Both the position numbers and the translations under genes were made by a program. Below, one piece after another: positions 1 through 13,620 of a DNA stretch of 64,000 bases. Below the pieces are notes generated by a model. That model had not been told where the DNA came from, searched no databases, and was given only the letters and a program-made list of their open reading frames with translations. The stretch spans positions 231,562-295,561 of the forward strand of contig NMRA01000396.1 in the NCBI GenBank assembly GCA_002633005.1, in the 5' to 3' direction. Position 1 is the stretch's first letter; every line of letters begins with the position of its first letter. The DNA is from Phoronis australis (lineage: Eukaryota; Animalia; Phoronida).

Positions 1-641
1 CAAACGTGTTCCACCCATTACATCATTTGGCGAAAACCTTGAAATAACTAACTTCTCTCCAAAATTGAAGGAAACTCTACTATTTGGCTCAAGAAGGGAT
101 TATTTAGCTATATTTTAAGGTTATCGCTTTATGTTAGCAAACGAAACCTCAAAAGTTGTGAAAATTTAAGATTGGAACTCTTTTAAAACCAACATAAACT
201 CGTCTTCCATCCCAAATAAGGTTTTGGCTTAGGCCACATGTCTACATGCTCGCAAATCGACATTTATTTCAATTGGAGAATATTACTTACGGGTTCATTA
301 TTTCTATAAATTAGTTAATTGCCACAGTGTGTCATTTTATGAGCTGAGCAAGATACCAAGAACACCCAGCAGTCTCAAATTGTCTCTGGGAGGTTTCCAT
401 ATCTGCGTACTTTAATCATCAACAAACTCTCCAAAATGCATGGGCGGCGCATCATTGAGAAAGTGGGGCTATAGCCCCCCGGAAACCCTATGGTGCACCA
501 CATAAAGACCATGGCTATACCCCCCCCCCCAGCGCCCCATGAAATGGAGACTGTTGAATTAACCGAGATATCACCCGAAGATATTGCACGCTGGTGGAAC
601 AGTGGAGTCGTCGTGCATCGTTTATATTGGAGATACAATAC

Positions 642-1509
642 CTTCACATGCTTGCTCTTTAGAGCTGTTACAACTCAAGGACAAGTCGTCTGTCGTTGGT
701 GTTACAGATCCGAGAAATTGTTGCGCATCTGAAAAGATATTACAAGCGAGCGTGACCTCTTCCCCTATGTGCAGTCCACATAGTCTAATTTGTCGACGAA
801 AACAACAGTAAAAGGTGGTGTTACTGGTTTTTTCAATAGTTTTTATTTGCAAAAAATCCGCCATTCAAAACTCTCGACTACCTGAAAGATTTCACTGTAG
901 GTGCTTTAACGTTTCAGAAAAACTTTCGTATTTTTACAACAACACGTGGTTAAGACATTGCGTAAAGAAGATATCACGTTTGCGAGCTGGTGACTCCTAA
1001 TAGCCTACAATATGTGATGTAGGTGTTTAATGCAGTGGGTATCAATGAAACGAAAGTGAGCGCACGTGAACCTGGTTTACTTGATAACCGAAAACCGTCA
1101 TTCAGTCGACAAATTAATCCAACATCGTGAGCGTGAATGCTATTAGACTTGATGCAGAATGGATGACCACCGGGAGCAACAAACACTCATTGTGATACGT
1201 GACATTCGAAAACACGGCGTTGGCAATTGTATCAGTCGATAATTTCGCGTGACCTGACCCCTACACTTTTCGTTGTTTCACCAATTATACCAGTGTATAC
1301 TTGCTAAGGACATTAAATGACATCAGCTAGTTTTAACATTGACCTGACGATTAGGGATAAACTTACAAGCACACATAATTGCTTCATAACGCTATTTGGT
1401 TGTTACAAAAATGTACTGCCAATGTCGGACCTAAACATATGTTAAGACACTAACCAATAACACGGAATGCCACGATTGACAGCACTGTTGAAAGCAGCAA
1501 ATTTCCCAT
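642..1509 (-). CDS. 5' coding exons (1455-1509 signal peptide; 642-728) of a paralog of the Mth-like GPCR at 26264-31398; remainder presumably left of the window
   Basis: Exon 1 encodes MGNLLLSTVLSIVAFRVI+G|gttagt (55 nt). Exon 2 is ttttcag|(D)AQQFLGSVTPTTDDLSLSCNSSKEQACE+G|gtattg (87 nt, phase 1-1). Both have the same lengths and phases as exons 31344-31398 and 30704-30790, and clear peptide similarity to them. Confidence 0.85.
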
Positions 1510-3005
1510 GATTGCTGTAGCTGGACCTTCTGATGTGTGTTCTTACCCTGAAAAGTATAATATAGTTTAATTCCTGTTTCACTATTCCAACTCCTTCGCC
1601 CTTGATCTTATATGTTGTACGAACTCTAAACTATTTTTACGCCTCATTGTTACATAAGTACAAATTCAAAAACAAATTCGTGATTGTCGGTTCGAATACA
1701 TAATGATTTTGGTAAACAGTGTACTTAAAGAGGTAAGTAACGTGAGAACTCATAAAAAATGCATGTGCGTGTTAAATGGATAGTGACGAATGTAGTTCTT
1801 GGGGATGCCAGCGAGAAAACTATTCACTTTCACAATTCCAAGAACTTCAAGAACAAAAAAGGTATTTGCTATTTTTGAAACACAGACGAAATAAAACATC
1901 TGTCATTTCAGTCTAGTTTTCAACTTTTCCACCGCTAATAATATGCGCTCAAGGAAGACGGGCTGGCTGCGGCTTGAAATTGCCATTATTATGTTTACAT
2001 CAAAGCTCAGGGTTGACATTCCCTTGCATGTACACGTATGGGGGAAATGCGCTACGTCTACGTCTTTCCATAACAAATAAGAAGGTGTGCTTTGCCTTGT
2101 GACGGATCGGGAAATTTGAAACTAAAGCGAAAATGCTTTGACATCAACGGAAAATATGTGATGCGCAGTTTGAATTCTGTTTCAGTGGCAGATAATCATT
2201 TTGAACAGTGCGATTTAATCTGCTGTTCACGCTGTATGTGAATTTAAGAAGCAGACATCCAAATACACTTATATTGGTGTGTCTTACGAATACCACACGA
2301 AGAGAATATCAGAATTTACTTTACTGCTTTGTTTTCAACGACAATGGAAGGAAAGCTGAAAAAACAAACCATGAATTAAACCTAATTATTAGCAAATGAC
2401 GCTTGCACACTTCAGGTAACTTGCTGATAAGCTTATGAATGCAATCTATACAAACTGTCCTAACAAAAGATATGTACATGTACGAAAAAATACAATGACA
2501 AAATATTATTTTATTTTATATTGCCTGGGCTTACAATAAAAAAGTAAATAATATGTCAGCACGTTTTCAAGATGGTCACTAAATTGCTTAAGAATAAAAC
2601 ATAATTAACATCGTTAGCACACGATACGCTACAATTGAAACTTACATGTAAGTACAGTCTGGAGTCACGCATTGTGATCCTCGTATGCAATAAAATAGTA
2701 CGACAAATGTGCAGGAACACTTAAATTCAATTCATAGGAACCAAAACATGTTCAAAATAATTTGAAGTTCGAGTTCAGTTTATTTACCAGCCCCAAAACC
2801 ATAGCAACTTAGATCTATTGTATGATACTTTTTCGGTTAATTTATCCCGCCATGACACTAGCGCATTCCATCAACAACTTGCCACTTAAAATATTCATTC
2901 CTTTTCTACGTTAGCTCATTCATTGCTACTCTGCAATTATAGAGACACAAGTTGCCCAACATCTCTAGCTAGATCACTGGGTAGACCACAAAACATTAGC
3001 TTTCA

Positions 3006-3218
3006 CATGCGTGCACCCAGGGGGGAGCTCGGGGAGCAAAGTGGGAAAAAAGTCCGCCTCAGAGAAACAGAAAGTCCTAGAAATCGAGACAAAAGTCCAC
3101 TAAACAGGCGCAGACGCACAGTGAAGGTGGTAACCCTTTTTTAGTTATTTTTTTGCCAGCGACAGGTCCACATCGTCAGAAAGTCGAGCCCCCAAATTAA
3201 AGGTTGGGTGAGAGCATG
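3006..3218. mobile_element. MITE, CATG...CATG termini, 5-bp TSD (hAT5-like)
   Basis: catgcgtgcaccc ... gggtgagagcatg flanked by tttca/tttca. Confidence 0.75.
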
Positions 3219-4949
3219 TTTCACTCTTCGCCTATAGCACGGAAACAGTAAAATCAATGCAAAAATCCATCATTTCTATATCTATGATATTTGTGTTTGT
3301 CTTGTGTTCTATTCATTTTTACGCAAATTTCTTTATTAATGAAAGTGTAAACGTAAACTGTGATATTATTTGATGATGCTTGTAATTGGTGTATAGTAAC
3401 ACGCTTTCAATTTATTTGAAGGGTGTTCATTGTCTTCAATTGTAATCAAGTTTCAACTTGTGTTTTTAACTCGCCCCAACCCGGATAGATCTCCATTGAT
3501 TCATTTATTGGCCCGATCGCAGTTAAATACTAAACACATAACATTGCCATTCTTATCGACGTTTCAATATTACTCATTATCATCACCAGGGCTACAGTCA
3601 TTACACAGATGCAATAATTCTGTTCAGTGGAACAAATCTACCACAACGCATACCACAGTACTGAAGGTCTAAGCTCACTCACAGCTCTAAATGTACGTAG
3701 TTTGCGCACGCAGCTAAGTTCAATGTGTTAGCTTAGCTTTTGATTTTTGCAGGCACCGATTATATGTTTCGATGCATGTATAACATACACTGCACAAAGA
3801 AAGGATTCATATTAACTTCAAACATTAAAATAGCAGCCAAATTCAGGTCCAACAACCCCAAATAAGATTTTACTTCCACACTGAAATCTCACGAACTGTA
3901 ATTGTGCCTCGAGAAAAAATACTCCTTCGTAAAGAAATTGATATTAATAATCTAAAACGTGCATCTTTCCATTCGTAAGTTTGACCGAGATTGGACTAAC
4001 TAAAATGATTTAACCCAGTTTTATGAAATTTTGCAAGTCCAAGATTAAGACTGAAAGTTAGCTTGCTGCGGAGTAGGCTTATTGCAGGAATTTTGGTTTC
4101 ATTGATTTGAATTTACAGTACGACTTTGTAATACAGCCACTAAATTATTATAAATCGTCCGGTCTGCCTCACGCCTGGCCAGGCCGGAGCGTAACCGTAC
4201 CGCTGGCTTGAGATAAGTCAGTCACGATCTTCTCACGCTTACGCTCTGTGTAGCCCTCACGCTTACCTCGGGTTTAGTTATTAACGACTTCATCACGCCT
4301 CCTTTACGCTTTCCTCAAGCCTTCAGTAGCTGTGGCAACATACCGTGATGGTGTGCCGAGCTAATAAAAACCATCACAGATCTGAGTGTACAGGAGGCGT
4401 TCTTGGTGTACCTGTAGAACAACCCATTGTTTTGGCATATTATACCACTGTTTTCCGACAAACTCCGCAATTTCTCGTATTGATCATACAATGAGACTCC
4501 TATAACTCGTCTGATGTTACATTTATGTTGTCCAATTTATTATCATGTCCCATCAACGACTTAACCGTGGTTAGTACAGCTTTAGACCACTTTAGCGGCC
4601 TGAGGTAAAGAGGAACGAACGGGATGCTCTATGCGTTCAATCATGTTTACACTGCTGCCGACTCCATGAAACTCATCCCAGCTGGATAGACCTAAAAATA
4701 GCCCATGCATCTTGACTCACGTACTCATGTATTGTCACTTTGTGGATTCTTGCATCGTACTCGTGGAGCAGAACTTTTCAAAAAGTTCGGGTGACGCCTT
4801 TTCTGAAATCCCCTCGATCACCACACCTCACAACCCCCTCGAACCACAACCCACTCGACCCACGACCCCCTCGACCCACGACCCACAATTATGTTTATAT
4901 CTTTGTCATTGATTACTTTAGAAATATCAAAACAAGGCAAGCAGACTTT

Positions 4950-5900
4950 TAAAAGACTTAGGAGCCGCTTGGATAAAAGCCACTAAAATCTACACATGTA
5001 GTTAGTCTAACATAAACTAAGTATTTGTGTCAACAATTTATCCCACTACAGGAGCGAAGCATCAACCTGTGTTGGGTATCAACAAAATGATTATATATCT
5101 ATGTAAAGTGTGTACGTGTACAAAGGAAAAGTATATGAGGACCACAATATGAATTACCGATGCAATAATGGGAGAAATTGAATAAGGTACAGACTAAAAA
5201 TGATATATTTTAAATTTCAACATGGTTGACTCAACAAAGGAAAATTTAATGAATTACTATTACAAAGTAAAAAGAACTAAAAATAAAGAATAAAAAATGG
5301 CTAGGACTGTATATCTATATGGTTGTATGATTGAAATTCATTACAACTCGCAGGAATACAAGAATAAGGGTGATAGGTAAGACGCGTCTCTCTAATACTT
5401 ATAAAATTTTAAAACTTTAGCGATGCTGAGATGCACATATTCGGCAGTTTGTTTTTGAGCATTTTTCTGAATTGTTTTGTAACAGGTGAGGTTTGGGGTT
5501 GAGAAAGCGTGAATGCAATGAGAAAATGTCTTTTCAATTATGTTTTGTGGAATAATATAACAATTAATAATTTCTGGAAGAAAGGTTGCGGAGGCTCTTC
5601 GCTTTAGTGCGTGGTATTGGCAATAATGGGTTAAGCGGTATTAAACAATAATCGGCGAATCTTGAGGGGAGATTTCTTTCTAGTTTGGATGAATCAAGCT
5701 TGAAATCATCATGGAAATCTGAGAAGTGTGTTACAAGAATAATAGAAAAAATTTAGACAGGAAATATGAAAAATGTTGTTGAAGGAAAGAAGATTCATAA
5801 ACCGAAATAATGGGTCGGTACAGTATGAGCTACGAAATATGATAAGCTAACATTTCGAACAACTCGTTTTGTTGTAATACTTGTAGTCGATACAGAACAT
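4950..5900 (-). mobile_element. Degenerate 3' end of an L2/Crack-like LINE (RT C-terminus plus 3' UTR)
   Basis: Minus-strand translation with frameshifts: RLQVLQ/KRVVRNVSLSYFVAHT/DPLF and IIEKTFSHCIHAFS, matching the typical LQKKAIR...AHTDPLF tail of L2-group ORF2. Confidence 0.7.
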
Positions 5901-6044
5901 TGACTAAAGCACAAGAAGCAGCTCTACTTGCTTTCTTGTAAGCATGTGCCTTCAGCGACAAATTACAACACATGATTCTGGCCGTACTTTTAAAAAACTC
6001 TGGAAGAATATGTGTATAGTATCCATTAACTTCCTAAAATTACA

Positions 6045-6480
6045 CTTACCACTAGATTGACCGATCACTCTGCTACACTAGGTGACCATATTTATGGGAA
6101 ATATTCCTGTATGCTGGAACAGTCTCACGTTGGGATTCTACTATCGTCTCCATCTGACCACTGCCACACCGTCATAATAATTGACACCAAAACAAAGCAT
6201 GAACTCGAGTACCCTGATACGTTAAGGCACATACCCCACTGAAGGAACGGTCAATACGTGATCTCAAAGAAGAACTTTAACTTAATAAATGACCAACTCA
6301 TACTCAATGAGAGTAATGCCTTTAACACAAATTACAACGTTTCCTCTCGAACTTTAACTGATTTAACGAACTAAGGCTTACCCTCCAAAATCAAAAAACA
6401 TTAAACAAATACGAGCATAAACTAAACGCATGGATAACAATGGCATTATGATGTCAATGATAAGACAAATTGTATAGACA
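6045..6480 (+). mobile_element. LINE ORF2 fragment, AP-endonuclease C-terminus (L2/Crack-like)
   Basis: TRLTDHSATLGDHIY...ILLSSPSDH resembles the conserved PTRxT...TLIDHI...SDH end of LINE APE. Confidence 0.7.
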
Positions 6481-6814
6481 ACTTACCTCCACGATTTAGG
6501 ACTACTAGCATGAACATAAATGAGGAAGTATACACAGTTCACAGTTTATATCTAATACAACAAGAATGAAATGTCAAATAATAAGTCCGCTAATGTACAA
6601 TATTTCATGCATTTCATTACATATTCATGATACATTTCTGCTAATTGTGTTGATTTGATAGCATTAAAGGGGGTTTGATTATAATTGGTCAATTCAAATC
6701 TCTGTCAACCCAGGAGTAAAATCTAGCAAAATAACGTGATCATCTGAAACTACATCGCGGTATCTCAAACTTTTACTCCCGTTCTCGCCAAACACTTAAA
6801 AACTTGGTCTACTG

Positions 6815-7153
6815 CATAGGCGGATATAGGGGGGCAGGGGGCCCGGGCCTCCCATCCCTTGGCTGCCTCAAAAAATAAAACAGCAAGAGCGTAGGGAAAT
6901 GTTGAATTCATTAATTAACCCTGGTAATTAAAATTATACGGCTGAAACAAAACTTAAATGTGTGCAGTTTTAATGTTTTTTTTTGGGGGATCGGGGCTCA
7001 GATCCAATTTCAAGTGTCAAATTCGGAACACGGCGCATTCGTAACGGAACTATGGCTAAGTATAAGCTCTCCCGCGATATCCCAGGCGACCGGCAGTGGC
7101 GCTGCGCACTGNCAAAATGTTGCCCCCCATGTGATATCCTAGATCAGCCACTG
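6815..7153. mobile_element. MITE, CA...TG termini, 5-bp TSD (hAT5-like)
   Basis: cataggcggatatagg ... cctagatcagccactg flanked by tactg/tactg. Confidence 0.75.
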
Positions 7154-8029
7154 TACTGACGTCGAATAAGCATCGGAAATGGCGCCTGATACAAAAATTC
7201 AGACGAGGTAATTCGAAAACTTGTCACATAGACAAACCTACGTCGGTGACGACCAGGACTCCGTAAGTCTAATTTTGCGCCCACTGTCATGCCGCCATCG
7301 TCCCCTGTAGGCTTCTATCGGATACTTCCCGATGCCCCTCTGTAAAAGTCCCGATGACTGCATAGTCCCGTATGCCGTAATAGCGCGTAATAACTGTTTT
7401 GATTACTATTTCATGATAGAGATACTAATATCACACACTGTTTTCTCATGGATGTTAAACTTAAGATTTGTGATACTAACATATACTGTTATGGCACACT
7501 AAAAGGGAAAGACGCGTTACATGAATACAAATACTAGTAACACAGTTCTACATTGATGCACAGGACACGACATCCGAACAAGAATGCAGTTTTACGTAAA
7601 ACAATTTCCATAAACTTGCAAGTTTCAAACGGTGTATAAATGAATACCTAACTCTGAAGAATTACAAGCATATCATGTCAATGTCAACGTATTATCAGAT
7701 GTCGCGTGAAAATTGAGAAAAATCACTTTGATCATGAAAGTTTATCGTTTAAGGTGCGCGTCTAGCATGGTTCCACCCCGCCCACGTATTGCGCCGCCGT
7801 TTTGGCCAGAGACGTATCAACATGGACGGGGGGTTCTGTGGATTCAAGCCCCCTCGAGACAGGATGAAAAATAAAAAAATTAAAAAAATTTCGCCAGGAA
7901 AACGAAATCAGCTACTAGGAAACAAAAAAAATTCTTACACGGGAGGGAAAGCGCTTCCTGACCTTTTCTCTGCTAAGCGCCACGCGCCTCGGATTCAGCG
8001 CGAATCCCAAACCCAACCTTACTGAAAAC

Positions 8030-8390
8030 CATAGACTATACATGTAGTTCATGGACGGCCAACTCCGTATACATGTACATTCAATGGACGAAATCTGTGA
8101 TCTGACGCATAAGCCCTTACATCATTATTCACTGGCGACATCTGGCTAAATTTTCTGGTGCAATTTCCGGCAAGTACGTCGTCTGCTAATCATGGTCGGC
8201 TACTGTGTGGCCAGTTGTTTGGCCACACGCCCGAAATGCAAAGGAATTAGCTTCCATACCATCCGAAGATCCCATAATCAGCTGCGGGAAGAAAAGCTTA
8301 CTTCTTGTATAAACGTGAATGGCAGTTGTTTCAGCAATAAGACTTTAAACATTTGTTCAAGGCACTTCGAAGATGAATGTTTTTAAGAGG
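8030..8390 (+). mobile_element. THAP zinc-finger relic, probable P-element-like 5' end
   Basis: ORF 8192-8386 MVGYCVASC...ISFHT...ICSRHFEDECF fits the THAP C2CH pattern (conserved P and W lost). CATAG at 8030 matches the P-element terminal consensus CANRG. Confidence 0.65.
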
Positions 8391-9140
8391 CTCTACTACT
8401 TAATCCTGTCCTCACAAATCCATTTTTCTTTTCTCTATTTTGAAGAAAACTATCTGGTAAAATTTTGACGAAAATTGTTCGCTAAATTTCTTCCAAAGGT
8501 AGTAACTAATGAATTCCTGTCCTTACGAGGAGCTTCAGTCATGATAGTCTAGTGAGCGAATTAACCAATGCTCTTCGCTGGCCCTGATCAGACGGTTGGT
8601 CTCAGCAGGCCAGATTACGCACATTTGGCTAGGATCTGGAACAGCGATTTCAACAAATGCACATTCGTGTACAAATAAATAGAACGCTGGAAAAACCTTT
8701 AACACAAATAAATATTACATTAATACTCCAGAAATAACCAACTGGATCAGTCAAACTCTATCTCGCAATTCAACAGCAGGTTACACACTCATTTCATGTC
8801 GAATATATGCCGCAAAAATCTCTCGACTGCAGTATATGAAAGTGCAACCAACTTCTTTGAAAACATGGAACAGGAAAAAAACAGAGGGGTGTGAAAGTTG
8901 TTTTTATTCTCCAATGTTATTTTTTTTAAGCGGACAATTGGTTTTTAAATTTCCGCCTTAAGTCCTAACATTTCCAAACTTAAGCCATTTAAATCAACGT
9001 TTATGACGAAAACAAAATTCTTCAACCAGTTTTGTAAAATCCTATGCCATCTGTAGGGTAAATAATGAACCAATCCCACTCCTAATGTAACAAAAGGGTC
9101 CCGTGCATAAAGGATACTAAATATTGCACTTCTGAAATAT

Positions 9141-9215
9141 TACCGTATTCGCCCTTATAAGAAGCCAGGGCGCTTAGAAAAATCCGCTTCAGGAAGTGGG
9201 CGCTTATTATAGCCC
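9141..9215 (+). mobile_element. Tc1/mariner-pogo-like MITE terminus
   Basis: TA+CCGTATTCGCCCTTATAAG...GGGCGCTTA, a typical pogo/Tigger-type TIR start; partner end not found. Confidence 0.45.
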
Positions 9216-11139
9216 AAAAGTGGTTGAAACCGGTCTCCGAAACAGGTGAAATCGTAAGCTAGAATTCATCAAATTTATGCTCTTTGACGAATCTGTAACC
9301 TATGACAGAGTTTCTACAAAACTGCAGTGCATTGCTATCAAACCTTGTTGTCAGTTTACGAGCATTTTTCAGAAAATCCCAGTGCCAAAATTGGCCGTGA
9401 ATCAGGTTTCAAGCTCCTCAGCTTGGTTTAACTATATATTAGTAAACCATAAAAATGGTTCCAAGTGATCAGTGCAATGCCTGCGCACGTCTAATAAATG
9501 TGTACCATGCAGCTCCTGATTTAAACAAAGGTCTGTTTTTCAATTTTGGCCCGGCATAAATAACGCCACAGACCGGAAAATCCAGCGAAGCACTTCTACC
9601 TTACATATCTGACAAGCCCTAGTCTCAGAAAATTTGAGCACCCGGCAAAAGATACTAATGATGAAATTCTGGTGATGATAATCACCCACTTTGTTTATTT
9701 ACGTCACCTCAATTTGAAACACTTGGTAAAATGAAGCCCATTCGAGTAAGCATCATGTGGGTCCCAATGCCAATCCAATATACATGTATGATAGAACCCA
9801 ACAAGCTCAAGTTGCAGTCAAATCAGGATGGGCATAAATAAGGAAATTTACTGTATCAACAGATTGGCCAAATAAGAATAAGATACAAAGTGTTGCCACA
9901 GTGCACACGTGCACGATACTTGGTCTATTATTTTCCCGCCGCAAATGCATGAACCAATCAGATCACCAATGGCGCAAAGTTTTTGAAAACAGCTCGATTT
10001 TCAGAGAGTCCTGTTACTGTTCTATTTATTTTCAAAACTTTATTGTGTTACATTTAATTTATTTTCTGTTCAACTGAATGAAGCCACTTAATATGAATGC
10101 ATTCACCACAATTAATGCATTGTAAAAACCAAAAGTTATGCTCTATCAACGTTAGACAAAATCAGTACACCCCTTTCTTAAAATATGGGTTAAAAGTTAG
10201 AAACAAAGGACACAGGTTTCCATCACTTGTAACGTCGATTTTCGACATTGATGTTGGGAAGGAACATCAGTCTGGTGACAGCAACACAAAATCGTACGAA
10301 GGCGATGATTTTCAAAATTTGATTCGTTTTCGTTGTATGTCTTTTTCCCTATGGCTCAGGGATCTGAACCCGGAACAAGAACTGGAGGAGGCAGGGTTCC
10401 TGATAACGTTGTGGAACGTTTTCATCCAACCTTCCCAGATGAAAACTTGAATGAAGAGGACCTTCAGTACTTGAGTGAGCATGGCATGCTGTGTGGTTTA
10501 TGTTGAATTATTCAACGGTTCTTTTAAGAACCATTTTACGCTATACCTACAACCTACGGCGCTTTTAAAGGCCACTCAACACTTCCCAGTAGAACTGCTC
10601 ACATTTGGTCTCAAACGTTAGTTCCCCTGTTGTAAGGTTTTAGTGCAGTGGTATTGTCTGTGTTGTCTCTTGTAGTTTTTGTAAAATACAAGTTTATTGT
10701 ATTCTCGTTGACGTATTCTGATTTCTTCACAGTTGCAAAGGTTGACACAACAGCTTTTGTAGAGGGCAGCGCACAAAACGTATACTGCGTAGTTTTGAGT
10801 TTAGTAAACAGCAGTTAGCGTACGATGTCCATTCACGCTACCTACACTGGTAACACCTATACCGATTGATTAGCACGGAAATTTTGTGTATTCAAGGGTT
10901 ATTGGCTAAATAATGCCTGTCGCTCTTCAGCATATCTGAACGCTATTCTATTGTTTGAAGTTGAATATTAAAGCGATAGCGATGACGGATATTCCACACA
11001 ATACAAACCGTCAACACGTCAATTTTAACATCGGTGCCAGTCAATGAGGGAAATTTCTGATATCATGTGACACCTGTATGCTACGGGTCTTACGATCAAA
11101 AATCATAGAACTCTAGCCTTCTATTACCAACACACGGCG

Positions 11140-11285
11140 GGCGTTCAGTAAGTTCAGGACCTACGCTAGGACCTAGCTAAAATCTAGCCAAAGTCATGTG
11201 ATCTGATTTAAAATACTCGGCAATATCTCACGTAATCTCGCGAATTCTTGCTTTTAGCGAGGTCCTATCGTTACTGAACGGGAGG
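11140..11285. mobile_element. Short MITE (possibly PIF/Harbinger-type); partial copies near 44880-44950 and 54386-54456
   Basis: Inverted termini cgttcagtaa / ttactgaacg; internal gctaggacctagctaaaatctagccaa recurs at ~44912. Confidence 0.55.
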
Positions 11286-11771
11286 CAGATCTCGCGGCCG
11301 CTGAAGTGCTCTGCGCATGCGTGGGAGATGTTTGTATTTGTTTGTTCCGGTGTGTGTACCTGCTACCTAATTTAGTGTCATTAAAACTGTCCGCATCTCC
11401 ACCGTGTTTTAACCGAATTCCATAAGAGCCATATCATTAGAAAGCCTTTTGTCAGTACATGGTGATTGTACCAGAAGCAAAAGATAAATAATTTAATTAT
11501 CGTTTTGCTTACCCAATTTACCTGATTTAAAAATATTTTTAATTCTGAAAACCAATGGTGTTACCAAAATGCGAAAATAACAGCGTGTAATAGTAACACA
11601 GAAAAGGAAATGCATCAGAACTGTATATAAAAGACTAGTTAAGTTATAAAGAATATAATGTCAATGATTCAAAAGATTTCTAATTTGTAAAGAATAAAGG
11701 TATAGATTATGGATCCTTCATACTTGCTGAAGATAATTTAGTCAGGCATTCATCCAAAATTATACATAGTA

Positions 11772-11773
<2 letters not shown>

Positions 11774-11820
<47 letters not shown>

Positions 11821-11829
11821 CAGTAGTAG
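11774..11829. repeat. (CAG)n microsatellite grading into (TAG)
   Basis: Direct reading. Confidence 0.95.
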
Positions 11830-11869
11830 TGGGGTTGCAACAATAATATAGATGTTTGTCGAGTGAAAT

Positions 11870-12690
11870 TTAACAACTTAAAGAGCTTTTTTTCCATAGC
11901 CTTGACAATTTTATCCATAATTTCAACTAAAGCCAGTTCTGTCGAGTGCCCCCCACGAAAACCATTCTGGGCAGGATATAGCAAGCCATAAGATTGAAAA
12001 TAATAGTAAAGTTGATTATAAATAAGTTTTTCAAATATCTTATAAAAACAAGCAAGAACAGAGATAGGCCAGTAATTATCTAAAGACAACGGGTCCCTTT
12101 TTAAATACAGGATTAACCTTGGCAATTTTCATGTTGTCTGGAAAAATTTGGTTGAAAATGGACTCGTTAAACACAACACACAATGATTAAGTCAATAGGT
12201 TATTTATAAATGTTATTATTTTCATGGATATGCCATCACGACCACAAGTAGGCTTAATCGGAAAAGAATTAATCACTTTTCTAATATCAATTGGGGAAAT
12301 TGGTTTAAAGTCAAATCTACATGTAGAAGTGGATTCACAATTTAAAAAAGACATATGTAACAAATTTCAAGAATGAGTTGGTAGAGAGTGTGAGGCAATA
12401 TTACTAAAATAACTTTGAAAATGATTAACAATCTCAACCTCGTCATAAACCATTTCATCGTTTATCTTCAATCTGGTAGGATTATTTGATAAGCCATTTC
12501 CAATTTTCTTTCCAAGTGTCCTTGGGAGAACCAACATGGGCCCGAAAATGATTGCGATAATAAAGTCTTTTAGCACTTTTCACAATTGTTTTAGAATAAT
12601 ATTATAAGTTTTTAGGTTTGTTTTTAATGAAACGAAATTACTAGCACTTTGAGTGGTCGATTATAAAGCCTGTCGCTAAATCTAAGAGAG
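11870..12690 (-). mobile_element. L2/Crack-like LINE ORF2 fragment (linker and RT N-terminus), frameshifted
   Basis: EIVNHFQSYFSNIA; DNYWPISVLACFYKIFEKLIYNQL; QNGFRGGHSTELAL. Confidence 0.9.
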
Positions 12691-12702
12691 TTTAGAATAT
12701 CN

Positions 12703-13551
12703 ACCCCTAAAAGGACCAGGACTAGGTCAGCGAGAACAGAGACTGGGCCGTTAGACCAGGCTCCTACCAGCCACAGCGACCAAGCATCTACGTCTGCACC
12801 GCCAGCCACTCCACCCCAACCAGGTCAGTTAGTCTCTGAGGTCACATTACTTGATTACGTGGCACCTCCACCAATTCCTAGTGTCTATCCGATAATGGGA
12901 GCCCATGTCCCATCTTCAATTCACACAAAAATACATGACGGCGAATACATCGACCTTTGCACCCTCCTCCCAACCTCAGCCATCACATCGCCACAGCAAG
13001 TGGTGGTGTTTAACAACCGCCTCGTGTTACACCAACCACCCAAACCCAAAATAACAACCATTGAGAAATGGACTGACGCCTTTCTCATATTTGTGTCAAT
13101 ATTTATCGAAGCTCACCCCCACCGAGGCCCAGAGCTGCTTAAGTACATGCATGTCGTTCGCCTCGGGGCCCAGCGCACCAGAACCGGTTGGATACCTTAT
13201 GACGAACAATACCGCTCCTGCAAAGCTCGTGACCCGGCCACACCATAGTCGGCGATAGATCCGGAGTTGTGGTTGCGAAATATGACTGGCCCGACTATCG
13301 ACACCGCACCTCACCCACCTACCAGACACTGCTACGCCTTTAACTTCAAGGGAAATTGCACTTCATGGCAGTACAGATACAAGCATACCTGCATGACCTG
13401 CGGTGGCTCCCACCCAAGCCTCACATGTTACAGGGCTACCCAACAATCCCGGCCAGGGCCTTCCCAGGGTCCATCCAACCAATTTGCAATCCGCCCCCGC
13501 AATCCAACCCACCCTCACCATAGATTTACATCTAAGCCTAGGCCATTGTAA
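12703..13551 (+). pseudogene. gag: Gag-like ORF with C-terminal Cys/His zinc finger; premature TAG at 13246-13248
   Basis: Frame open from 12703; KIHDGEYIDL, WTDAFLIF, WIPYDEQYR, P*SAIDPELW (stop at expected W), CYAFN...HTCMTCGGSH. Confidence 0.85.
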
Positions 13552-13620
13552 ACCCTACCCTACTACATGATTCATTTCCCCTTTCCGTTAAACTACCAGG
13601 ATCGCACCAAGTTATTTTAG

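Noticed and set aside
11760-11830. Poly-cysteine protein tail
   Set aside because: Translation of a (CAG)n microsatellite adjoining a dead LINE fragment.
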